From: Saprospiraceae bacterium | GTDB taxonomy: Bacteria; Bacteroidota; Bacteroidia; Chitinophagales; Saprospiraceae | Assembly (NCBI GenBank): GCA_020628855.1 | Contig: JAHDEL010000006.1 | Location: 5,424 to 69,423, forward strand | Direction of reading: 5' to 3' | Length of the DNA: 64,000 nt | Shown here: piece by piece, positions 30,267-39,947 of the stretch | Position numbering within the stretch: position 1 is the stretch's first letter | Layout: every line of letters starts with the position of its first letter | Position numbers and translations under genes: made by a program | Notes under the pieces: generated by a model | What the model saw: only the letters and a program-made list of their open reading frames with translations | The model's database searches: none | What the model was told of the DNA's origin: nothing

Positions 30267-31538
30267 ATGACAAGAACACTTTTCAATTTTATGTTTTTAT
30301 CTGCTTTCATTTTCGCACTTTTTAGCTGTGGAGATGAAAATTCTTGTGAGAACGAATGTCCTGCAGGATTTATCCAAGATGTCAATTGCGATTGCTTTGA
30401 CTTAAGTGGTTCTTCAGAAGACTACGAAAGAGTAACATCCAATATAACCACAGATGCTGTTTGGACTGCAGATAAGGTTTGGATTCTTGGAGGGAGGATT
30501 GCTGTTGAAGCTGGAGCTACTCTCTCCATCGAACCAGGTACAATCATCAAAGGAGAAGCTGGAGCACAGAATAACGCTACTGCATTGCTTGTAGCTAGAG
30601 GAGCTAAACTGAACGCATGTGGGAGTGCTGATGCACCAATAATATTTACCTCAGTTGCTGACGAAATCACCCCAGAAAGAGTTGCAGCTGGAAACTTCAC
30701 AAGTCCCAATCTGGATACTAATGTCAATGGACTGTGGGGTGGACTTATCATTTTAGGTTATGCACCTATATCTGTAGAAGGTAATGGTGAGACTGCGCAG
30801 ATTGAAGGAATACCAACTTCTGATCAGAATGGCCTTTATGGAGGAAATGAAGTGAGTGATAACTCAGGAACTATCTGTTATGTTTCTATCAGACATGGAG
30901 GAACTAACATTGGAGAAGGCAACGAAATTAACGGACTTACTCTTGGTGGAGTAGGACGTAGTACGACTATTAATAACATCGAAGTCGCTGCAAATCAAGA
31001 CGATGGGATAGAATGGTTTGGTGGAACTGTAACAGTCACAAATGCACTTGTTTGGGGATGCGGTGATGATGGTATGGATACTGACCAGGCATGGAATGGT
31101 GTGTGTGATAACTGGATCGTAGCGGTTCCATCGGGTGGATCAGCTATGGAGCTTGATGGTCCTGAAGGAGACTTCACACAAGGATGTAATGGCTTCGACA
31201 ATGGAACAATCTATTGTGGTAATAACATCTCCGCAATTGTAGACTGGGATGATAATACAAATACTGGTGTGACGAACCTTTACTTCTATGGAATAGATGA
31301 GGGATATGACCCAAGCGTTGGATTCGCTTCTTTTGGTGGCGATGGCGAGTGTACTACCGGAACTTGGGAATATTCAGCTCCGGGTGGATATGATGTAGGC
31401 ACATTATTACAAGATGCTCCAGCAGGTGCAGTAACTCTTGTCACAGAAGGTAGTAACTCAGTAGGTGCAGATGCAAGTGTCTTTGGTTGGACTCTAGGGG
31501 CTCAATCAGGCACTTTAGAATCAATAGGATTACAATAA
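30267..31538 (+). CDS. hypothetical lipoprotein (beta-helix-like repeats), partner of the TonB-dependent receptor
   Basis: Lipobox LFSCG; G/N/D-rich repeats including QDDGIEWFGGTVTV. The stop is 4 nt before the receptor start. Confidence 0.6.
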   Translation: MTRTLFNFMFLSAFIFALFSCGDENSCENECPAGFIQDVNCDCFDLSGSSEDYERVTSNITTDAVWTADKVWILGGRIAVEAGATLSIEPGTIIKGEAGAQNNATALLVARGAKLNACGSADAPIIFTSVADEITPERVAAGNFTSPNLDTNVNGLWGGLIILGYAPISVEGNGETAQIEGIPTSDQNGLYGGNEVSDNSGTICYVSIRHGGTNIGEGNEINGLTLGGVGRSTTINNIEVAANQDDGIEWFGGTVTVTNALVWGCGDDGMDTDQAWNGVCDNWIVAVPSGGSAMELDGPEGDFTQGCNGFDNGTIYCGNNISAIVDWDDNTNTGVTNLYFYGIDEGYDPSVGFASFGGDGECTTGTWEYSAPGGYDVGTLLQDAPAGAVTLVTEGSNSVGADASVFGWTLGAQSGTLESIGLQ

Positions 31539-31542
31539 TTAA

Positions 31543-34461
31543 ATGAACAATAACATACTCCAAAAAATGAATTTCATTGTAAAAATTGCAACAAGTCTAG
31601 TGTTATTGCTAGCAACAACTATTCTCTCAGCACAACAAGGGACAATCAGAGGTACTGTGATAGAGGACGAAAGTGGAGAGACCCTTATCGGAGTTGCTGT
31701 TTCCATAGCTAATACTGCCATCGGAACAGCGACTGATTTTGATGGCGCTTTCGAACTTAATCTTGATGCGGGATCGTATGACTTGGAAATAAGCTATATC
31801 TCATACCAACCTCTGACCATTACAGGAGTAGAGGTAAAGCCAGGAGAAGTAAATGTCCTTGAGAATATTAGAATGTTTACAGAAGCAGAACAGCTTCAAG
31901 AAGTGGTAATCACAGCAGATGTAGTCAGGACCTCTGAAGCTGCTTTGATGACAATCAAGAGGAGATCTACAAATTTGCTAGATGGTATTTCTTCTGCTAA
32001 GTTTAAGAAGATCGGTGACTCTAATGCAGCAGGTGCTGTAAAAAGAGTAACTGGTGTATCAGTAGAAGGAGGAAAGTATGTCTATGTGAGAGGACTAGGA
32101 GATAGATATAGCAAGACGATGCTCAATTCAGTAGATATCCCTGGGCTAGATCCAGATAAGAATAGTCTTCAGATCGATATCTTCCCGACCAATCTCTTGA
32201 ATAATATGGTGGTCTATAAGTCTTCTTTGGCAGAGTTGCCAGCTGACTTTACAGGAGGTGTTGTAAATATTGAGACTAAAGACTTTCCAGAAGAAAAGGT
32301 GTTAGATGTATCTCTTGGATTTGGATATAATCCATCCATGCACTTCAGGGATAACTACTTGAAGTCTCCAACAAGTGGAACAGATTGGTTAGGATTTGAT
32401 GATGGACAGAGAGCTCTTCCTGTAGGAGCAGATATTAATATTATTCCTACACCAACATCTCCTTTCTCTCAAGATCAGGTGAGCAATTTTGTCAAATCAT
32501 TCAATCCTCAATTAGAAGCTCAAGATGCAACAGCATTGCCTGACTTCAGTATGGGTATATCTTATGGTAATCAAAAGGCATTAAAGAATGAAAGCACTCT
32601 AGGCTGGATATTCTCAGGAACCTATAAAAGCTCAAGAGAATTTTATGAAGACCTCAAGTATGGAGAGTACCAACTCCAGATTGACAACTCACTCAATGAC
32701 TTAGTCTATGCGACTACAATAGAAGGAAGATCAGGTGAAGAGAATATACTATTGGGAGGACTCGCTGGGGTTGCCCATAAGACCAAGAATGCTAAGCACA
32801 GATTGACTGTCATTCATTTGCAAAATGGTAATAGCAGAGCTGCAAAATTTGACATAAATAACAATAGTGGAGCTATCGGTCAGTCTGGATACCTCGCAGC
32901 TTCCGATAACCTAGAATACAGTCAAAGAAGAATCACCAATGTTTTACTGAATGGTGAGTATGCATTGAAGGATAGATCTTGGAAGATTGATTGGAGGGTA
33001 TCTCCTACACTTTCTTCATTAACTGATCCAGATATTAGAAAGACTGCCTATTCATTGCAGAATGGTACAGTACCTCGCTTTAATGCTGGTGAAGGAGGAA
33101 ATCCAAGTAGGATATGGAGATATCTTGACGAAATGAATGTAGTAGGTAAAGTAGATGTATCCAAAAAGTATACTGCATTCGATAGAGATGCCAAGCTCAA
33201 ATTTGGAGCTAGCCACCTCTATAAGACAAGAGATTATAACATTCTAGCTTACAACCTGCAGTTTTTTGGTGATCAACCAGATGTCTGGACAGGTAATGCT
33301 AATGAAGTGTTATCAGAGCAAAATGTATGGCCTAATGGGTCCGTCTACTTCGTTTCATTGAACAATACACCTAATCCTAATGAGTATAATTCGAAAGCAC
33401 ACAATACCGGGATGTATGTGGCTACCGAGATAAACCCTACAGCTTCTTTGAAAGCTACAATTGGTTTGAGGGCAGAGAAGTTTACTCAATGGCATACTGG
33501 TAGAGATTCTGAATCTGCTAACTCTGGTGGAGAGTTTGGTAATGCTTTGAACAATGCTGTAGTATTGGATGCTTTTGATCTTTTCCCTTCTTTAAATGTC
33601 ATCCAGTCATTAGGAGATAAGCAAAACCTGAGAGCTTCTTATTCGAGAACTATTGCACGACCTTCATTTAAAGAATTGTCATTTGCACAGATTCTTGACC
33701 CAATTACAGATAGAATATTTAATGGTGGACTATTCCAATACGCAGATTGGGATGGTAATCTTACAGAGACGAGGATACATAATGCGGACTTAAGATGGGA
33801 GTACTTTATGGAGAGTGGCCAATTATTCTCAGCAAGTCTTTTTTATAAGCACTTCAATGATCCAATTGAGTTAGTAAGAAATGTGGTTGCGGTAACATCC
33901 AGTGATTTCCAACCTAGAAATGTTGGAGAAGGCAAGCTCTACGGTGCTGAAATTGAGCTTAGAAAGCATTTTGGATTTATCAATGAAAACTTGAAGCAGG
34001 TAAGTTTCAATACTAACATCACAGTAGTCCACTCAGCAATCAATATGACTGATCAAGAATACGACTCAAGAGTCGATAATGCAAGAACTGGTCAAGAGAT
34101 AAAGCGAACAAGAAATATGGCAGGTCAAGCACCTTACATAATTAATGCTGGTCTTTCATTCAATGCAAGTGATATTCCATTTGATATGGGACTTTACTAT
34201 AACGTAAAAGGAAGGACATTATCCGTAGTTGGTAGTGGTATCTTCCCAGATGTCTATACACAACCTTTCCATAGTTTGAATTTTAGCTTGAATCGTTCTA
34301 TCGGACCTGAAGAAAAATTCAAGTTGAGTCTGAATGTCAATAACTTATTAAATAACAAGCAGTTAACGGTATTTGATGCTTATCAGGCAGATGATCAAAT
34401 CTTTTCTTACCTCAATCCGGGTACTGCGATTGGAGTTGGTTTAACGTACAGCATCTACTAA
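31543..34461 (+). CDS. TonB-dependent receptor with carboxypeptidase-regulatory-like N-terminal domain
   Basis: Signal peptide; GTIRGTVIEDESGETLIGVAVSI; plug region VTGVSVEGGKYVYVRGLGDRYS; long barrel ending in Y. Confidence 0.9.
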   Translation: MNNNILQKMNFIVKIATSLVLLLATTILSAQQGTIRGTVIEDESGETLIGVAVSIANTAIGTATDFDGAFELNLDAGSYDLEISYISYQPLTITGVEVKPGEVNVLENIRMFTEAEQLQEVVITADVVRTSEAALMTIKRRSTNLLDGISSAKFKKIGDSNAAGAVKRVTGVSVEGGKYVYVRGLGDRYSKTMLNSVDIPGLDPDKNSLQIDIFPTNLLNNMVVYKSSLAELPADFTGGVVNIETKDFPEEKVLDVSLGFGYNPSMHFRDNYLKSPTSGTDWLGFDDGQRALPVGADINIIPTPTSPFSQDQVSNFVKSFNPQLEAQDATALPDFSMGISYGNQKALKNESTLGWIFSGTYKSSREFYEDLKYGEYQLQIDNSLNDLVYATTIEGRSGEENILLGGLAGVAHKTKNAKHRLTVIHLQNGNSRAAKFDINNNSGAIGQSGYLAASDNLEYSQRRITNVLLNGEYALKDRSWKIDWRVSPTLSSLTDPDIRKTAYSLQNGTVPRFNAGEGGNPSRIWRYLDEMNVVGKVDVSKKYTAFDRDAKLKFGASHLYKTRDYNILAYNLQFFGDQPDVWTGNANEVLSEQNVWPNGSVYFVSLNNTPNPNEYNSKAHNTGMYVATEINPTASLKATIGLRAEKFTQWHTGRDSESANSGGEFGNALNNAVVLDAFDLFPSLNVIQSLGDKQNLRASYSRTIARPSFKELSFAQILDPITDRIFNGGLFQYADWDGNLTETRIHNADLRWEYFMESGQLFSASLFYKHFNDPIELVRNVVAVTSSDFQPRNVGEGKLYGAEIELRKHFGFINENLKQVSFNTNITVVHSAINMTDQEYDSRVDNARTGQEIKRTRNMAGQAPYIINAGLSFNASDIPFDMGLYYNVKGRTLSVVGSGIFPDVYTQPFHSLNFSLNRSIGPEEKFKLSLNVNNLLNNKQLTVFDAYQADDQIFSYLNPGTAIGVGLTYSIY

Positions 34462-34528
34462 ACAAAAAATCCCCGATTGCTCTTTCGAGCAACCAAGGAA
34501 GCAATTTTTCCAATATAATTTGGAGTGG

Positions 34529-34556
34529 CCCTGTCAGACTCAACTGGCAGGGTTTT
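34529..34556 (+). terminator. intrinsic terminator after the TonB-dependent receptor
   Basis: CCCTGTCAG actcaa CTGGCAGGG (one G-U pair) followed by TTTT. Confidence 0.65.
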
Positions 34557-34691
34557 CTATTATAAATATACATAATGTTACGCTTGCATTATGTTAAAGT
34601 TATGCGAATATGCACGCAATGTTAACTTAATGTTACCAAATCCTTGACATTGTAGTCTTTTCTACCTAGATTAGAAGAGTAATCGATTAAG

Positions 34692-35546
34692 GTGAAGCTA
34701 TATTTTGTCATATTATCGTGTTTAGCGCTGCAGGCTTTTGGTCTATGTGGCAATAGTCCGGCTAAGTATCATAGTATTCCTTTTGATACTGAAAGTGGTC
34801 TTATGTTTATCGAAGCCTTTGTAGATGGAGAAATTGGCAATTATATTTTTGATACAGGTTGTGATGGAGTAGTTCTCAATGCCACTCCTCAGGAAAAAAC
34901 AATAAGGTTAAGTTCTACTTCTGGTATTTCTACGTTCGGAGAAACTACAATTACTTTGCTACAAGTAGATTCTTATGAAGTGTCCAGTGTGAAGGCATAT
35001 GTAGGTGACCTCTCGCATTTGGAAAAAGCATACAAGCGTAAAATATCTGGCATCATAGGTTCATCAGTATTGACAACTGACATCATCCACATAAATAAAG
35101 TTGAGAAAACCATAGATCTCTACCCAATACAAATGGTCCATCAATTGGCATCAGGGAAGTATAATGTCCAAAATTTGATTTCTATTGACGGATTACCTGC
35201 TATTGCTATTACACTTGATGATGAAGAATATCATTTTGTCCTCGATTCTGGAAGTAGTCGATCTCTAATTAATACCAAGGTCCTAACTGCTGATAATTTT
35301 AATCTATTGCAAGCTGGTACAATCAATGTACTAGGTGCAGGTTCTTCTACTAGCCAATGTCAGACTGCACTGTTGGATGCATTTGTTATTGCTTCTATCA
35401 AGGTATCAGAACTTCCGGTTCTGTGTAAAGATCTTTCGCATCTTTCGAGCCATCCACAATTTGGTGGAGTACTGAGTCTAGATCAATTTCCTTTCGAAGA
35501 AATCATTCTGGACCTCCCAAATAATAAGCTTTTCATAAAGAGTTGA
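34692..35546 (+). CDS. secreted retropepsin-like aspartic protease (two-lobed)
   Basis: GTG start, signal peptide, and two D-T/S-G motifs (FDTGCDG and LDSGSSR). Confidence 0.6.
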   Translation: MKLYFVILSCLALQAFGLCGNSPAKYHSIPFDTESGLMFIEAFVDGEIGNYIFDTGCDGVVLNATPQEKTIRLSSTSGISTFGETTITLLQVDSYEVSSVKAYVGDLSHLEKAYKRKISGIIGSSVLTTDIIHINKVEKTIDLYPIQMVHQLASGKYNVQNLISIDGLPAIAITLDDEEYHFVLDSGSSRSLINTKVLTADNFNLLQAGTINVLGAGSSTSQCQTALLDAFVIASIKVSELPVLCKDLSHLSSHPQFGGVLSLDQFPFEEIILDLPNNKLFIKS

Positions 35547-35751
35547 TCTCAGACACTGTTAATTTTTAAGTTGGCAGCTATGAGAATGTGTTAAAATTTA
35601 AGATGTTCTTAAGGCTTGCATCTCTTCTAGACCTCGTGTTTTAACATTTACATGACAATGTGGTTAATCCTGCATTAACGCTAATGCTAAATGTAATAGT
35701 CTGCATACATATTGACGAACTTTGGTTTAAGTAAATCAAAATCAAGCAATT

Positions 35752-36918
35752 ATGAAAAATGTAGCAATCACCTTAGTAGCATTGATCCTCTTTGCAAGTT
35801 GCAGTTCGCTTGACAAGATGGTCGATCAGGGTCAATATGATGAAGCTGTAATCAAGGCAGCAAAAAGAATGTATGGCTCTAAAAACAAAAAGACAAAGCA
35901 TGTCAAAGTCTTAGAGGAGGCATTTGCAAAAGCAAATCGAAGAGACCTTGCTCAAGCAAAACATTTCGAGAATTTGGGAGGTAAACATTGGTTGTCTGCA
36001 CTTGAAATCTATAGAGATATGGAGGCAAGGCAGCAAAAAGTCCTTCCCTTCTTACCCCTTGTAAGCAAAGATGGTTACGTCGCTGACTTTGCATTTATCA
36101 AGACTTCGGGACGGATTGCTAATGCAAGAAGAGAAGTAGGCAGGTTTTACTATGCAGAAGGGAGAAGAGCCCTTGAAAACGGTAGAGCTGGAAGTAAAGT
36201 TGAAGCGCGAGAGGCTTTCAAGCTTTTTAATAGAGTGGATAATTATACTAGCGAGTACACTGATCTAGATAAGTACATCAGAGAGAGTCACCAACTAGGT
36301 ATGACAAACATCTTTGTTAATCTGCGAAATGAAGCACCTGTTATTATGCATAAAGCATTTGAAGATGCAGTTCTTGGGATATCTGTAGCAGATCTTAATG
36401 ATACATGGAGGAAGTTTTATGTAGCTAATCCAAGCGCAACTATAGATGTCAATGCAACACTTGTAGTCCAAGATATTGCCATAAGTCCAGAAAGAGAGCA
36501 TGTAAGACAATTTGAAGAGAGGAAGGAAATCAAAGATGGTTGGGAATATGTATTAGACCAGAATGGTAATGTGGCAAAGGATAGTCTTGGCAATGATATT
36601 AAAGCAGATAGGTTCATCACGGTTTCAGCTTTGATTTCAGAAATAAAGCGTGAAAAAATAGCTGTGGTCCGAGGTGTAATGCGCTACACTGATGCAAGAA
36701 CTGGAGAAGTACTTCAAGTCAAGCCAATTACAGTTGAGAATGATTTTGGCGATAGCACATGCACATTTATAGGTGACAAGAGAGCATTGACTACAAGTAC
36801 TCGCCATAATATAGGAAGAAGGCTCGATCCATTTCCGACTGATTATGACATGACAATGTATGCAGCTATTGAAATGAAAGAAGCTCTAAAGAGAGACCTC
36901 AAACGCTATATCTATTAG
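35752..36918 (+). CDS. hypothetical lipoprotein
   Basis: Lipobox LFASCSS; helical N-terminal half; no recognisable catalytic motif. Confidence 0.55.
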   Translation: MKNVAITLVALILFASCSSLDKMVDQGQYDEAVIKAAKRMYGSKNKKTKHVKVLEEAFAKANRRDLAQAKHFENLGGKHWLSALEIYRDMEARQQKVLPFLPLVSKDGYVADFAFIKTSGRIANARREVGRFYYAEGRRALENGRAGSKVEAREAFKLFNRVDNYTSEYTDLDKYIRESHQLGMTNIFVNLRNEAPVIMHKAFEDAVLGISVADLNDTWRKFYVANPSATIDVNATLVVQDIAISPEREHVRQFEERKEIKDGWEYVLDQNGNVAKDSLGNDIKADRFITVSALISEIKREKIAVVRGVMRYTDARTGEVLQVKPITVENDFGDSTCTFIGDKRALTTSTRHNIGRRLDPFPTDYDMTMYAAIEMKEALKRDLKRYIY

Positions 36919-36955
36919 CAAAGAAAGATGAAGTAAGTCCTTTTGACTTTACATT

Positions 36956-36992
36956 TGTGCTGGGCAGTCCTAACAGGGCTGCCCTTCGCACA
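36956..36992. terminator. hairpin between convergent genes (possible bidirectional terminator)
   Basis: TGTGC-t-GGGCAG ... CTGCCC-ttc-GCACA composite stem, with no clear U-tract on either side. Confidence 0.35.
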
Positions 36993-37006
36993 TTGTAGCG
37001 TAATTA

Positions 37007-37387
37007 TTACAAGAGTCTAGAGCCAATTCCCATCACTAAAAATGCAAAGAGTACAAAACTTACTAAGAGTATCCAGAAAGCAAATGTGTTTTCTACTACT
37101 CGATACCAAAAAGGATTCTCGTCAATTTGTACATTTTTACTATCTAGAATCATTCGATTGCCAATTGATTTTTTACGTTTTCTTTCTCTAAGTGTCACAA
37201 CTAACCAAGATATGAATACCAATGGTAAGAGATTGCTAATAGTACTTCTCACTCCAAGAAGAAGCAAAGCGCTAACATTTGATAACTCACTGTGACTTAC
37301 ACCAAGAGCAAGTGGCCAGGCAAAGGTGACCACAATCATGATTAAGCTATATGCAAGAGCTTTAACTTTAATGCTTCCATTTGACAC
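37007..37387 (-). CDS. hypothetical membrane protein
   Basis: 126 aa with about four hydrophobic segments and a central RERKRKK loop. A terminator separates it from blaR1. Confidence 0.45.
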   Translation of the reverse strand: MSNGSIKVKALAYSLIMIVVTFAWPLALGVSHSELSNVSALLLLGVRSTISNLLPLVFISWLVVTLRERKRKKSIGNRMILDSKNVQIDENPFWYRVVENTFAFWILLVSFVLFAFLVMGIGSRLL

Positions 37388-37396
37388 TCTATAAAA

Positions 37397-37427
37397 TTAA
37401 AAATGCCGTACAAGATTGCACGGCATT
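37397..37427 (-). terminator. intrinsic terminator after the blaR1-like gene
   Basis: AATGCCGT / ACGGCATT 8-bp stem. On the minus strand it is followed by TTTTT. Confidence 0.7.
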
Positions 37428-37453
37428 TATTGTAAGAAAAAGATATAATTTCT

Positions 37454-39493
37454 CTAATTGGAGTGATGCATTCTAATACTAGAATTACCAGGTGTCTTTT
37501 TGATTTTAAGTTTTGAATTTCCTGTAAAGGAATTTCCAGTAATCTCCTTATACAAGGCGCGGTACTTATTAAATACCTCACTAGATTGTTTTTTACCATT
37601 AATCTTCAAACGTTGCTTATTCATATCTAACGAGTAGACATCATCTGAGCTTATTAGTCCTTCTTCAATGAGGACATCTTCGATAAGAGTTATAAAATCA
37701 GTATCAAAATGAGCACCTTCATCTAAAAAGTACACTGACATATCTTCATGCGGTATACCGAAATTATGTGTATCGAAGTCTATATCAAAATTGAGTTTCT
37801 CTCCGAGGTCTTCAATATTTTCGAAGTGCTTAAATGCATCGCTGTTTTTAAAATGAATTTCCATATCCTCAAAGTCGAAATCATGTCCTATACCATCAAT
37901 AGTAATATGGACCTCAGCGAGTATAGAGTCTATGTTTTGTCTTGAAGACTCTAAGGCTTCTGCATAAGCTTTTTCAGCTTTAGCGAGAGCTTTATCGATA
38001 GAAACTTGTACCTCTTGATCACCGATTATGATTCGTTTGTTGTGTTGGATGTTACTATTCGGTTCAGTCCTAAAGTCAAGTGATCCGCTTTCTTGGATCT
38101 TGATTGTTTGTATTTCTTCGCCATCCCCATTCTGAATTATGATGACTTTCTCTTTTATGGTATCAATGTTCACAGTCTCTTCTCTGTCATTAATCACAAT
38201 TTTTCTTACAATTGTGTCTATTTCAACCGTTTCTAAATCTTCATTAACAGAGATTTTTAGTTCTTTAATGACTGTATCTTGTTTTTCATCATTCCGTGAT
38301 TCGACCCGCTGCACAGTAACAATCCTCTGTGTTTCTTTTGGAATCGTATCAGTCAAGACAGTTGTCAAGCTAGTAGCATGATTGACAGTATATGGATTAA
38401 CATCTAATTGCTGTTGAGAGCCAAAGGTAATAGATGCTTCATTCTGGGATATTTGATCATAACAGAGATCATACCATGCTTGTTTGGTAGAATCCACATG
38501 TGCAAATGAGAGAGACCATGCTAGAATGGCCGCAAAGGCAATTACTTTTTCCATATTGATAGATTGTTTGATTGGTTGCTGAAATATTGAAAGTACCCTG
38601 TTTTTTAACTGACTATTACCCCCATTAAAGGATTGTAACAACATGTTACTGCCTTTCATATTGAAAGATTCTAATTTCATGAGCATATTTGCATACGCTG
38701 CAGTATCCGAAGAAAACCTGAGGGCATGGATGTCACAACATATCTCTCTCTGTGTGCGGATTTGCATTTGTATCCACCATATACCGGGGTGGAAGTAGAA
38801 TATGGTTTGGATGACATTCTGAATGATATTAAATATGTAATCAGCACGTTTTATGTGGGCGAGTTCGTGAGCTAATATCATTTCTGCTTCCTCTATAGAA
38901 AGTCTGTTTAGGACACTGATAGGGAAGAGGATTATTGGTCGGAAGAATCCAAAAGTTGCTGGACTAGCAATAAATTGAGAAGTGCGTAAGAGGACATCTC
39001 TTGTAATACCAAATTCTCGAATTAGTGTATCATGGAGTCTTAACAAGCTAGTATCAGTGAGGGGAATAGCAGTCGATTTCAATCTATTGATCTGGTAAAA
39101 CTGAATGAGCATTCTTCCAAACAATACAATACTTCCGAGTAACCAAAGAATAAAGATATAACTAGGCTCGAGTAACGGATCTTGATGAGTAGAACTTGCC
39201 TCATTGATTATTGGAACCACTTCGCAGTCGATAGATTCCATAGTGCCAGACACAATTATGGCAGAATGTACAGCTTCAGTGGATTGATAAGATTGGAAAG
39301 TAAGGTAACTCGCACCTAGAATGAGAAGTAAACTCCCGTAGGACACCCAGTACCTAACATTATATAATCGCTGAGGTAACACTTTCAGCAAGATGAACAA
39401 CACTATTGCTATTGTAGAAATTTGCCAGGTAGAATGAATTAGCATCCAAGCCATTGATTCTACGAAACTGCTATCAAAAAAAGTAAAATGCAT
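37454..39493 (-). CDS. BlaR1/MecR1-type M56 peptidase signal transducer with atypical acidic C-terminal domain
   Basis: HELAHIKRAD (HExxH) within a multi-TM M56 domain. Its start overlaps the blaI-like stop by 1 nt. Confidence 0.85.
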   Translation of the reverse strand: MHFTFFDSSFVESMAWMLIHSTWQISTIAIVLFILLKVLPQRLYNVRYWVSYGSLLLILGASYLTFQSYQSTEAVHSAIIVSGTMESIDCEVVPIINEASSTHQDPLLEPSYIFILWLLGSIVLFGRMLIQFYQINRLKSTAIPLTDTSLLRLHDTLIREFGITRDVLLRTSQFIASPATFGFFRPIILFPISVLNRLSIEEAEMILAHELAHIKRADYIFNIIQNVIQTIFYFHPGIWWIQMQIRTQREICCDIHALRFSSDTAAYANMLMKLESFNMKGSNMLLQSFNGGNSQLKNRVLSIFQQPIKQSINMEKVIAFAAILAWSLSFAHVDSTKQAWYDLCYDQISQNEASITFGSQQQLDVNPYTVNHATSLTTVLTDTIPKETQRIVTVQRVESRNDEKQDTVIKELKISVNEDLETVEIDTIVRKIVINDREETVNIDTIKEKVIIIQNGDGEEIQTIKIQESGSLDFRTEPNSNIQHNKRIIIGDQEVQVSIDKALAKAEKAYAEALESSRQNIDSILAEVHITIDGIGHDFDFEDMEIHFKNSDAFKHFENIEDLGEKLNFDIDFDTHNFGIPHEDMSVYFLDEGAHFDTDFITLIEDVLIEEGLISSDDVYSLDMNKQRLKINGKKQSSEVFNKYRALYKEITGNSFTGNSKLKIKKTPGNSSIRMHHSN

Positions 39494-39873
39494 TAGTCTT
39501 CGTTTTGGAGTTTGTCAATAAGAGATCGAATTTCCTCAAGCTCGGATTGAGTGGGTTTTGATGACCCTAGAGCCTGTAGAATCAATTCAGTCGCTGAGCC
39601 TGAGAAGGTAGATTTTATAAAGTCTTTTAGGATGTGATTTTTTGCGCTGCCTTCTTCTTCTTTTGCTTTGTAGACATGCGTTCTACTTGAAGTATCTCGG
39701 ATGACTAATCCTTTTTCAGCCATGATCTGCATTATTTTGAGGGTAGTGGTATAACCTACTTCACGCTGCTCATTTAATTGATCATTGACTTGTCGAACAG
39801 TAGACGCCCCATTTGACCATAAGATCTGCAAGACTTCTAATTCTGACTCAGTGGGTTTATTAAACTTTGACAT
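39493..39873 (-). CDS. BlaI/MecI/CopY family transcriptional repressor
   Basis: MSKFNKPTESELEVLQILW and TTLKIMQIM winged-helix pattern. I prefer ATG 39873, because the longer track ORF (to 39927) would run through the promoter and operators. Confidence 0.88.
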   Translation of the reverse strand: MSKFNKPTESELEVLQILWSNGASTVRQVNDQLNEQREVGYTTTLKIMQIMAEKGLVIRDTSSRTHVYKAKEEEGSAKNHILKDFIKSTFSGSATELILQALGSSKPTQSELEEIRSLIDKLQNED

Positions 39874-39875
39874 AC

Positions 39876-39947
39876 TACGAATGATTTCGTAACAAACATA
39901 TACGTAAGTCTTCGTATTACCAAACATACTACGATGACTTTCGTAGT
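39876..39947 (-). promoter_or_regulatory. three BlaI-type operator palindromes interleaved with two TAnnTTTG -7 boxes
   Basis: TACGAAtgatTTCGTA at 39876-39891; TACGTAagtcTTCGTA at 39901-39916; ACTACGAtgacttTCGTAGT at 39928-47. CAAACATA (TATGTTTG on the minus strand) at 39893-39900 and 39921-39928. Confidence 0.6.

Noticed and set aside
39874-39927. 18-codon N-terminal extension of the BlaI-like ORF (track start at 39927)
   Set aside because: The extension (MFGNTKTYVYVCYEIIRS) would be encoded by the operator palindromes and -7 boxes. BlaI-family proteins normally begin a few residues before the PT..ELE..LW helix, as the ATG at 39873 does.
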